A stretch of 64,000 bases of DNA from a virus (Duplodnaviria > Caudoviricetes): positions 4,277 through 68,276 of the IMG/VR virus record IMGVR_UViG_2518285550_000001; one strand, given 5' to 3'. The notes beneath the pieces are model-generated. The model saw nothing but the letters and a program-made list of their open reading frames with translations, made no database searches and was not told the origin of the DNA. The translations under genes and the position numbers were made by a program. The stretch's first letter is position 1. Every line of letters begins with the position of its first letter. Of the stretch, positions 55,178 to 62,837 are shown in pieces.

Positions 55178-55438
55178 TCACGTCGCAGATGAGCGGGTGG
55201 GCGGCTGCGCAGGCTCAGGCTTGCCGGCGCGCCACTGCCGAAAGTTGCGGGCGTACACCCAGCCGTAGGCGGCGCAGGAGATGAGGAACCCCCACTGGCG
55301 GGTGTGGACCGCGTAGGCGAGCCACAGGGTTTGGGCGCCGATCCCGACAGCCCACCCCCACGGGCTGCGGCGGCCGGCGAGGTACAGGCCGGTGACGCCG
55401 ACGGCGGTGAGCAGCCACGACCACAGTTGCGGGTTCAC
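55178..55438 (-). CDS. PnuC-like small membrane protein
   Basis: WSWLL...G..GL.LAGR....GW..G...Q.LW..YA....QWGF. Confidence 0.6.
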   Translation of the reverse strand: MNPQLWSWLLTAVGVTGLYLAGRRSPWGWAVGIGAQTLWLAYAVHTRQWGFLISCAAYGWVYARNFRQWRAGKPEPAQPPTRSSAT

Positions 55439-55487
55439 GGGCCGGTCCGCGCGGTGCGGGCGAGGTTGTCGTGCGGGTGGGCGCACA

Positions 55488-55688
55488 TCAGGCCGGCTGC
55501 TCGTCGCTGGCGGGAAGGGGGGTCAGGCCGATGACGACGACGTTGCTGAGCCCCTGTGTGGCCGCGATCTGCTGGCTGATCGTTACAAGGTCGTCGGCGG
55601 TGGTGATGGGGCGTAGCGGCTGGAGGATGCAGTTGCCGAAGCCGCTGCTGTTGCCGGTCACGTGGCTGTAGGCGGCGAAGTAGATCAT
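55488..55688 (-). CDS. hypothetical protein
   Basis: GGAGGG RBS; Y...YSH....GFGN.......PI. Confidence 0.6.
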   Translation of the reverse strand: MIYFAAYSHVTGNSSGFGNCILQPLRPITTADDLVTISQQIAATQGLSNVVVIGLTPLPASDEQPA

Positions 55689-55756
55689 GTTGCCCTCCAA
55701 GGGTTTGATTTGCTGTGGTTTCCCTGCCTGCTGTGACGCGGGTGAACGGCCGGCGC

Positions 55757-55894
55757 TCACTCGTCCGGGTCGGGCAGCTCGGCCTGTGAGACGTGCACTC
55801 CGGCTACGAACTCGGCCGGGTCCACGTTTTCGGCGCAGTCGATGCACCACGCCTCACCCGGCACGGCGAGAACCACCCGGCAGGCGGTGCACAT
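55757..55894 (-). CDS. 45-aa zinc-finger protein
   Basis: MCTAC......GEAWCIDC; TGATG coupling; not in the ORF track. Confidence 0.5.
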   Translation of the reverse strand: MCTACRVVLAVPGEAWCIDCAENVDPAEFVAGVHVSQAELPDPDE

Positions 55895-56055
55895 CAGCGC
55901 CAGCCCATCGAGGCGTTGATGGCGGACCGGCGGGCGGTGCCACGGCCGGCCCGCACCCGCACGGTCTGCCGTTCCCCGTCGGCGCCACGGATGGTGCGGG
56001 TCGGGCGGATCTCGGTGGTCGTGTGGCCGATGGTGACTGACGCGTTCGCGAACAT
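55894..56055 (-). CDS. small basic protein
   Basis: AGGGAG RBS before ATG. Confidence 0.5.
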   Translation of the reverse strand: MFANASVTIGHTTTEIRPTRTIRGADGERQTVRVRAGRGTARRSAINASMGWR

Positions 56056-56131
56056 GAGGATTTCTCCCTGGATTCGGGGTGCCTTCGGTGGCGGCCCGGC
56101 CACGGAATCGGGGTACGGGCCGCCCGATCTG

Positions 56132-56257
56132 CTACTTGCTGCTGCTGTTCTTGCGCAGGCCGTCGCGGATCTGCTCCACCTCGACCGCGTTACGGTTGTC
56201 CTTCTCCCGCTGCTGCCGGTCCCGCTGCGCGGCCAGCGATCGCACCTCGCCGGCCAT
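56132..56257 (-). CDS. 41-aa small helical protein
   Basis: MAGEVRSLAAQRDRQQREKDNR...; TGATG coupling. Confidence 0.45.
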   Translation of the reverse strand: MAGEVRSLAAQRDRQQREKDNRNAVEVEQIRDGLRKNSSSK

Positions 56258-56628
56258 CACTCGACCCCGGCCCCGGCGTGGGGTAGGGCCGTGGGGGCAA
56301 GCCAAGACCCGAGCAGCAGCACCGCGTTACCGGCCTTGCCGCCGTCGAGGTGGGCGACACGAGAACCCACCTGCACCGATACCTGCGGCACCGGCCGGTC
56401 TGCGTTCCGGTCGAATGTGACGGTCACCTTGACTCGCACACCGGCGGAGTCGGTGACGGCCGTCGACGTGGCACACGGGCCGTCGTTGTGACGGCGGTGG
56501 CACCACAGCGGGTGTGTGCCGTGGTCGGCCGGCAGTTCGTCGAGGATGGTGGGCTTCAAATCGTCGTAGCTGGGCGAGTCGTTGCGGGTCTCGTGGCCTG
56601 CGCGGACCCGAGCCCACCAGGCGTTCAC
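56257..56628 (-). CDS. hypothetical protein (HP.WC motif)
   Basis: Operon coupling; HPLWCHRRH. Confidence 0.5.
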   Translation of the reverse strand: MNAWWARVRAGHETRNDSPSYDDLKPTILDELPADHGTHPLWCHRRHNDGPCATSTAVTDSAGVRVKVTVTFDRNADRPVPQVSVQVGSRVAHLDGGKAGNAVLLLGSWLAPTALPHAGAGVE

Positions 56629-56819
56629 CGGACTGGCCTTGTCGTGTACGCGCCGCCGCGGTCGTAGCCGTACGACACGGGCGACTGGTAGGGGCCGTTC
56701 ACCGCGGCCGGCACTTCGACCTTCCGGCCATCCGCATACGTGACGCGCAGCTGGTCATTGCGGCGACGAACCCGGTGGATCACCGCACCCGGCGTGTTGC
56801 TGGCGGCCTGCGGCGACAT
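56625..56819 (-). CDS. hypothetical protein
   Basis: Start and stop overlaps on both sides. Confidence 0.45.
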   Translation of the reverse strand: MSPQAASNTPGAVIHRVRRRNDQLRVTYADGRKVEVPAAVNGPYQSPVSYGYDRGGAYTTRPVR

Positions 56820-57145
56820 CAGACATCCCGCCTTGAGGTGTTGATACGGTCGGCGACCTGCTGCGCCAGCATCAGCGCCCACATCAGATCCGCCGTCGAC
56901 CCGTAGGTGCCCTCCACTCCGATCACGTCGATCACCGCCAAACCTTCGATGACGGTGCCGTCCGGTCCCTGCTGCACCCGCTGCGTGACCTGAACCTGCC
57001 AGGTCGCCTCGTCGTGCCAGTCGGAGCCCTTCCAGGTGCGGGAGTAGTGGTCGACCACCCCTGGGTCGGGGGTGTGGCACTCGACGCACCAGTCCGGGTC
57101 GGACGGCATGAAGAACGTGGTCGTTGTGGTGGGGGCGGTCATCAC
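56819..57145 (-). CDS. hypothetical protein (P.WC..CH motif)
   Basis: Operon coupling. Confidence 0.55.
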   Translation of the reverse strand: MMTAPTTTTTFFMPSDPDWCVECHTPDPGVVDHYSRTWKGSDWHDEATWQVQVTQRVQQGPDGTVIEGLAVIDVIGVEGTYGSTADLMWALMLAQQVADRINTSRRDV

Positions 57146-57414
57146 CGCACCCCCTCAACCTGGTCGGCGAACAACTCGGCCGCGTTCAGCAGCGTGTGCA
57201 GCGTGTCCAGGTGTTCGGTCAGGCGGTTCCGGCCTTCGGAGGCGATGTGGACGCCGGTGTGCCCGTACATGTGGCTGCCGTCGCCGCGGGTGGTGTCGGT
57301 GCGCTGGATGAGTACGTCGAGGCCGGCGATGGTGCCGACGAGGTGGCGGTGGGTGGTGTCGGGGCCGTTGGTGGTGCACGTGTTGGGTTGGCACCAGGCG
57401 GGGTGTGCGGTCAT
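57142..57414 (-). CDS. hypothetical protein (HPAWC motif)
   Basis: Operon coupling. Confidence 0.55.
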   Translation of the reverse strand: MTAHPAWCQPNTCTTNGPDTTHRHLVGTIAGLDVLIQRTDTTRGDGSHMYGHTGVHIASEGRNRLTEHLDTLHTLLNAAELFADQVEGVR

Positions 57415-57902
57415 CGGCGGGCCGCCTTCCGCTGGGCGCGGTCACGGGCGGCGGCAGCGGCGTGCGCGTCCCGCAGCTCGCGGAAGGTGCGCGGCCGGGT
57501 CGGCTGCGACAGCGACTCAACCAGCGCGGCGACCTTGGCGGTGTCGACGGGCGACTCCATCAGGTCCAGCAGCGCGTTGATGTGCGCGACCCGTTGCCGG
57601 GATGGTGTGTCGTGACGCTGCTGCACTCGCAGCAGTTCGGCCCGCAGCGCGTCGTCCAACGCCTGGCGGATGCCTTCCGGGCCGACGCCGTTGTCTGCGC
57701 CTTCTGCGATGGTGCGGTAGGCCAGGTTGGCGGTGTCCACGTCTGCCGTGGTGAAGGACAGTTCGTGGTATCGGTGGTCACCGGTGGCCGCGTGGACGTT
57801 GATGGCGAATCCGCCGTCCACGGGCAGGCTGAGGATGATGCTGTAGTTGCCGTGGGTGCGAGGGGACTGCTCGCCGGACACGCTGATAGCAGCGTCGTGC
57901 AT
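57411..57902 (-). CDS. hypothetical protein, first gene of the leftward operon
   Basis: GGGAGGT RBS before ATG at 57902. Confidence 0.6.
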   Translation of the reverse strand: MHDAAISVSGEQSPRTHGNYSIILSLPVDGGFAINVHAATGDHRYHELSFTTADVDTANLAYRTIAEGADNGVGPEGIRQALDDALRAELLRVQQRHDTPSRQRVAHINALLDLMESPVDTAKVAALVESLSQPTRPRTFRELRDAHAAAAARDRAQRKAARR

Positions 57903-57967
57903 CTCGGGGTACCTCCCGATCTGGGCTCCGTTGGCGTTGGCGCGCTTCCCGGTGCCGTGTTCCTGAT

Positions 57968-58049
57968 GTCTACGACAGTAGACGTCCCCTGACTTGCATG
58001 TCAAGTATTCCAGGCATACGATCATAGGCGAAGTTGCGAACGACAGTAG
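57968..58049. promoter_or_regulatory. leftward housekeeping-type promoter (TTGACA-N18-TACTGT) with operators
   Basis: Minus-strand TTGACA at 58004-57999 and TACTGT at 57980-57975; palindrome GTCTAC-N4-GTAGAC at 57968; ACGACAGTAG at 57972 and 58040. Confidence 0.7.
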
Positions 58050-58069
58050 GCAGCCCAGAGCATGGGGAG

Positions 58070-58312
58070 GTGACCGACTTGCAAGATGTGATCGACGCGT
58101 GGAACGACATCGCCCGAGCCGAGGAGCGATACCGCGAGACGCTGCGCGCCGCCATCTCCGACGGCGTGCCGCAGGTGGCGATCTCCAAGGCGATCGACCG
58201 CACTCGCGAGATGCTGCGGCGCGATGCCATGACCGACGATCAGCGAGCGGAGTTCAACAAGGCCGAGGCCGAACGTCTACGCCGCCGACGGGCCGACAAG
58301 AACCAGACATAG
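58070..58312 (+). CDS. small HTH repressor
   Basis: LRAAI.DGVPQVAISKAIDRTREMLRR; divergent from the leftward operon. Confidence 0.7.
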   Translation: MTDLQDVIDAWNDIARAEERYRETLRAAISDGVPQVAISKAIDRTREMLRRDAMTDDQRAEFNKAEAERLRRRRADKNQT

Positions 58313-58423
58313 TTCGGGGCCGGGAGGCGCGCCAACGCCTGGGCCCCGGCCCCTGACGGAGAGGTACCTCCGCTAAATGCAAACTACGTTGCGAACTGGT
58401 GTGCGAGCACGGGAGGCCCACCC

Positions 58424-59323
58424 GTGAGCCCCACCATGCCCGACAACGAGCCCACCCAGCCGGGGTGGGTCAGCCAGGTATCGATCGCATGGGCGTTCGA
58501 CGACGCGCCCTGCCCTACCGAGTTGCTACCGGTCCTGCTTGCCATCGCCCGCCGCTGCAACAACGCCGGCACCGGCTCCTATCAGTCAAAGCCGACACTG
58601 GCGAAGAAGACTGGCAAGTCCCGCGATCAGGTCGATGCCGACGTCAAGAAGCTGCTGGAACTTAACTTGATCCGGCTCGGCGACCAGACGCTTCCCGAAC
58701 GCAACGGCGTGCCCGCTGGTCAGCGGCCCGTGGTGTACGACGTGGCGTTGGAGATACGCGGACCGAAGCCATCCAAGGCGGGACGCAACAAGGAGGGCAA
58801 GAACAAGGGCGGCCAAGGCAAGGCCGAAGCAACCCCCGGTATGGGTACCACCCCCGGTACCGATACAGGGGGAGGTACCCATACCCCCGGCCCCCCCGGT
58901 ATGGGTACCTCCCCCACCCCCGGTATGGATACCCCCCAAATAAGCCCTTCCAAGAATCCTCTAAACAACCCTTCTTCCGCCACCGTCGAACCCGACGCCT
59001 CGCCGCGCTCCGACAGGCAGGAGAAGAGGAAGACGGATGATTCAAAGACGAGAGCAGACCTCGCCATCATGGCTACCGCCACCCGCCTCGCCGACCCCTA
59101 CCAAGGCGACATGACCGTCATCGAGTCGCGGCGCCTCGTAAGCCACGTCGTCACCGTGCTCGCCAAGGGATGGTCGGAGCAGGTCGTAGCGGACGCACTG
59201 GCCACCGACGTTGCCGGCCTCGACTCGGTTGCCGCTGGTCTGATCGGGCGGATGATGGAACTCGCGGCCACCCCTGTCCAACCGGGCCGCGACGAAACGT
59301 TGCTGCCGAGATGCATCGCCTAG
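58424..59323 (+). CDS. second replication initiator-like protein (winged HTH with internal iterons)
   Basis: VLLAIA...N..G..SY.S..TLAKKTGKS...V...VK.L....LI; repeat-encoded TPGMGT segment. Confidence 0.7.
   Translation: MSPTMPDNEPTQPGWVSQVSIAWAFDDAPCPTELLPVLLAIARRCNNAGTGSYQSKPTLAKKTGKSRDQVDADVKKLLELNLIRLGDQTLPERNGVPAGQRPVVYDVALEIRGPKPSKAGRNKEGKNKGGQGKAEATPGMGTTPGTDTGGGTHTPGPPGMGTSPTPGMDTPQISPSKNPLNNPSSATVEPDASPRSDRQEKRKTDDSKTRADLAIMATATRLADPYQGDMTVIESRRLVSHVVTVLAKGWSEQVVADALATDVAGLDSVAAGLIGRMMELAATPVQPGRDETLLPRCIA
58832..58933. repeat. iteron-like ACCCCCGGTATGGGTACC repeats (four direct, one inverted partial)
   Basis: Copies at 58832, 58850 (degenerate), 58893, 58916; inverted GGTACCCATACC at 58874; AT-richer tract at about 58938-58976. 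Confidence 0.8.
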
Positions 59324-59350
59324 CCGTCGGCGTACCGCTACCATGCCGTC

Positions 59351-59860
59351 ATGGCCGACGGACCGGACCCTGGATCCGAACACGGGGCAGCCTTCGCCCG
59401 CCTCCTGCGGGTGCAACGGGCCAAACGCGGCCTACGCCAACAAGACGTCGCCGAGGCCTCCGGTGTCTCCCTGCACACCATCATGCGATGGGAAACCGGC
59501 CAAAGCCGGCCACCCCAGCCCGCACAAGTCCGCGCCATCTGCCACGCCCTCGGCATCAACCCTCTCGAGGTGGCCGTTGCCCTCGGCTACCTCAGCGAGA
59601 ACGAAGCCCCGCCCAGTACAGACTTCGCTCGGCCCACCATCGCAATCAAAGTCGGCGAGCACCACCACGGACCTCCCCGCAGCGAAGAAAGCTTCGCCTA
59701 CCGGTCCCTCGCGCGCCGCAGACTCGCCGATGCCCTCGGCATCGAAAAGCCTCCGACGCTCAGCCCCGAGGAGCAGCAGACACTGCGTGAGGCTGAGGCA
59801 CGCGCCGAGCGCGACGCAGACCGGATCTACGGCGACCACGCCGGCCAGGCTGTGGCGTGA
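59351..59860 (+). CDS. XRE-family HTH protein, putative antitoxin
   Basis: GLRQQDVAEASGVSLHTIMRWETGQ; stop overlaps the PIN gene start. Confidence 0.75.
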   Translation: MADGPDPGSEHGAAFARLLRVQRAKRGLRQQDVAEASGVSLHTIMRWETGQSRPPQPAQVRAICHALGINPLEVAVALGYLSENEAPPSTDFARPTIAIKVGEHHHGPPRSEESFAYRSLARRRLADALGIEKPPTLSPEEQQTLREAEARAERDADRIYGDHAGQAVA

Positions 59861-60216
59861 GACCCCGCATCCTCGACACGTCGGCGATCATCGCCCTGTT
59901 CGACGCCTACCCGCCAGTGTTCGAGTTGATGACCCGCGCGGAAGCCAACGAGGTGACCATCGTTCTGCCGGCGGCTGCCGTCGCGGACGCGAACCGGAAG
60001 ATCCGCGGCTCGTTCGGCCTGTGGGAGCCGGTCCTCTTAACTGCCGGGCTGACGGTTATGCCGCTCGATCCTCATGTCGCTATCGAGATTCACGACCTGG
60101 TCGGCGACGTGGCTACTCGGCACACCGTGTACGAGGCGCGGCTGTTGCGTGGTGTGGTGGTGACCTGCGACCCGGGCGTGTATCGGGGGCACACGGTTCC
60201 GCTGCTGGTCGTCTGA
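59857..60216 (+). CDS. PIN-domain (VapC-like) toxin
   Basis: RILDTSAIIA, P.AAVAD, VVT.DP..Y. Confidence 0.75.
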   Translation: MRPRILDTSAIIALFDAYPPVFELMTRAEANEVTIVLPAAAVADANRKIRGSFGLWEPVLLTAGLTVMPLDPHVAIEIHDLVGDVATRHTVYEARLLRGVVVTCDPGVYRGHTVPLLVV

Positions 60217-60317
60217 CTCGTATTGGTTCCCGCCCGGCCTCTTCAGAGGGGCTGGATGACCTTGCCTGCCCTGGCCGTCTCATACGGGCCGACCCGACCA
60301 CCACCAGGAGGACACCC

Positions 60318-60653
60318 ATGACCGACCCGATCGACCTCGACGTCCCCGCCGAGGTTACTGAATTCACCAGCCTGCTCCGCGCCCGCCTTACCGGTGTCTA
60401 CGACGACGACAACCCGGCCGGGAATTCCCCCGCCGAAGCCCTGTGGAAGGAGGTCCACGGCACCTCACAGCTGGAAGCGGGCAGCATGCAGGAACTCGCA
60501 GACAAGGTTGGTGATCTGCTGGCCGTTAAGCGAAACATCGCGGTTGTGGTGGCCGTGGCGCTTGCCATCGACCTGGCCAAGCAGACGGGCCGTTCCGCCA
60601 TCGACCACATCGACGACGTGGAGCAGTCGCTGATCGAAGGACAACAGCAGTGA
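60318..60653 (+). CDS. hypothetical protein
   Basis: AGGAGG RBS before ATG. Confidence 0.6.
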   Translation: MTDPIDLDVPAEVTEFTSLLRARLTGVYDDDNPAGNSPAEALWKEVHGTSQLEAGSMQELADKVGDLLAVKRNIAVVVAVALAIDLAKQTGRSAIDHIDDVEQSLIEGQQQ

Positions 60654-60674
60654 CTCACCCGTCGCGCCGCCGGT

Positions 60675-61133
60675 CTAGCCGATCGTGAGCCGGATGGTGG
60701 AGTTCAGCTGAGCGTCGTCAAACTGGATTTTGCCGCGTTGGGCGACTTCGACGCCGTAGTGCCGGTCGCCCTCCGGCACCCCCGTCACCTCGAACGGCAT
60801 CTCGCACACCTTGAACGGCTCCCCCAACTCGGGATCCGCCCGGACTTTGCCGAGTTCGAGTGTGCCGACGCCTGCGGTCTTGCCACCGCTGTCCGTCACC
60901 ACCACCTGCGCGCCGAGGGTGAGATCATCCCAGCCGCGCTGCGACAGACTGCCGCCGTGGCAATCCAGGCCAACCTCCCAGCCGGACGGCCAGCCCTGGA
61001 TGGCCATGGTGCCGGTGATGGTGCGGGTGGACGGGCTGGAGGCGGGCGTATCGGCGGGTTCGGGGCTGCTGCTGCAGGCGGCGAGCAGCAGCACGATCGC
61101 CGCGGCGGCGGGCATGGCGTGGTGTAGGCGCAT
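60675..61133 (-). CDS. lipoprotein
   Basis: Lipobox LAAC; ITGT....C.G...G.DDL..GAQVVVTD..G.....G.L...C..PF.V..VP. Confidence 0.75.
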   Translation of the reverse strand: MRLHHAMPAAAAIVLLLAACSSSPEPADTPASSPSTRTITGTMAIQGWPSGWEVGLDCHGGSLSQRGWDDLTLGAQVVVTDSGGKTAGVGTLELGKVRADPELGEPFKVCEMPFEVTGVPEGDRHYGVEVAQRGKIQFDDAQLNSTIRLTIG

Positions 61134-61571
61134 CGTGGCAGTCTCGACCATGCGGTACGTGCCGTGGACCCGCACGACCGGCCAGTATCGCTGTCGCCTA
61201 CACGACTCAGGGGATCGTGTCGATGGGTGGCGGGTGCAGGTGACGGCGGAGCGGAGACAAGCGTGTCCGTAGCCCAAATCCAACGCAGCTCTGGGTGTCG
61301 TACCGTCCGTCTACCCTGGGGTCCGCTGGCCCGCCTTTGCCCCCGTGAAGGCGGGCCGGTGTACGTCGACCCAACTTCGGGGGACGGCCTGCGCGGTCGT
61401 TATGACAGCTAGGACGGCCCGAGGCCGAGAGGGCCGGACGGCCAACGTCGCCTTCGTCAGTCGGGATGGGACCTCAGGAGACCTTTCACGATTGGTGGTG
61501 GCGTTGCTACTGGTTTCGCCTTACGGTGCTGGGGCAGCGCACTCTGTTGCGCCTGCGGGAAGGGACTCGGT

Positions 61572-61844
61572 ATGACACGATCGTTGCCCAGGGTGGTTGC
61601 CCCGTTGTTCTCGCCGACGGCGTTGCTGCCGATGGGGGAGCCTGGCGGGGTGAGCTATCCGATGCCGTATACGCCGGGTCGGCTACGCCCGTATGGGGCA
61701 AGCCTGGCCGTGCCGATGCCGATGCCGATGCAGGGTAAGCACCACACGACCGCTACCTCTCCGCGCACGACCATGGCAACGGAGACATCGAGTGACGGCA
61801 CAGTACGCCGTGACAGTCAGGCCGACACGGGCTCGGACAGCTAG
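61572..61844 (+). CDS. ATP-grasp-modified RiPP (graspetide) precursor
   Basis: Leader RPYG motif; core GKH...T-rich...SSDG....D...D...D; directly upstream of an ATP-grasp ligase. Confidence 0.85.
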   Translation: MTRSLPRVVAPLFSPTALLPMGEPGGVSYPMPYTPGRLRPYGASLAVPMPMPMQGKHHTTATSPRTTMATETSSDGTVRRDSQADTGSDS

Positions 61845-61847
61845 CGG

Positions 61848-62837
61848 GTGGGCCGCCGGGACGTGACGTGCAGGGACACGGTCCTGGTCTTGACCAGCGC
61901 AGGGGATCCGACAGCGGAGGCGGTGGTCGGCGCGTTGACGCGGGCCGGCGCCACCGTGGCCCGGTTCGACACCGGTGACTTCCCACTCGGGTTGGCGTTG
62001 TCGGCGACCATGGCGGACGGTGGTTGGGCTGCGACGGTGACCGATTCCTGGGGCGCGCTGGACCTGGAGCGGGTTCGGTCGGTGTTTTACTGGCGTCCGA
62101 CCAGTTTCCGGCTACCGGCGGGGATGTCACCGGCCGATGAGGTGTGGGCGGCTGTCGAGGCCCGCCACGGCTGGGGCGGGCTCCTGGCGAGCCTGGATGC
62201 GTGGTGGGTCAACGATCCGGTTCGCAGCGCCGCCGCCGAGTACAAGCCGTTGCAGCTGGCCGTGGCCGCGCGGTGTGGGCTCACGGTGCCCCGCACGCTG
62301 GTGAGTAACATATGCACCGATGTGGCCGACTTCGCCCGCCAGATCGGGGGCACGGTGGTGTGTAAACCGTTGTCGTCGCTGGTGTTCGCCGAGGACGGCG
62401 AGGACCCGACCAAGACGTACACCACGATCATTGACCCCGCCGCAGTCGACACCGACGGGTTTGCCGCGACCGCGCACCTGGTCCAGGAGTACATCGACAA
62501 GGACCACGAGGTTCGGGTCACCGCAGCCGGGACGACACTGCTGGCCGTGTCGATCCGCTCGTGCTCGACAGCGGGCCGAGTGGACTGGCGCGCCGACTAC
62601 GACTCCCTCACCTACGAGAGGATCCCTGTGCCCGAGGCGGTGGCGGCGGGCATCGACCGGTTCCTGACCCAGATGGGCCTGGCCTACGGCGCGTTCGACT
62701 TCGCCGTCACCCCATCCGGGAAGTGGATCTTCCTGGAGTGCAACCCGGTGGGCCACTGGTTGTGGCTGCAACACGAGACCGGCGCCCCCATCGCTGACGC
62801 CCTCGCGCAGCTGCTGCTGGACGGACCACGGCGATGA
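61848..62837 (+). CDS. ATP-grasp ribosomal peptide maturase
   Basis: VLVLT...D.TA, R.DTGDFP, WRP..F, WVN.P......YKP.QL, VCKPL, QEYIDK..EVRVT, DWR.DY, YGAFDF, FLECNP.G.W. Confidence 0.93.
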   Translation: MGRRDVTCRDTVLVLTSAGDPTAEAVVGALTRAGATVARFDTGDFPLGLALSATMADGGWAATVTDSWGALDLERVRSVFYWRPTSFRLPAGMSPADEVWAAVEARHGWGGLLASLDAWWVNDPVRSAAAEYKPLQLAVAARCGLTVPRTLVSNICTDVADFARQIGGTVVCKPLSSLVFAEDGEDPTKTYTTIIDPAAVDTDGFAATAHLVQEYIDKDHEVRVTAAGTTLLAVSIRSCSTAGRVDWRADYDSLTYERIPVPEAVAAGIDRFLTQMGLAYGAFDFAVTPSGKWIFLECNPVGHWLWLQHETGAPIADALAQLLLDGPRR

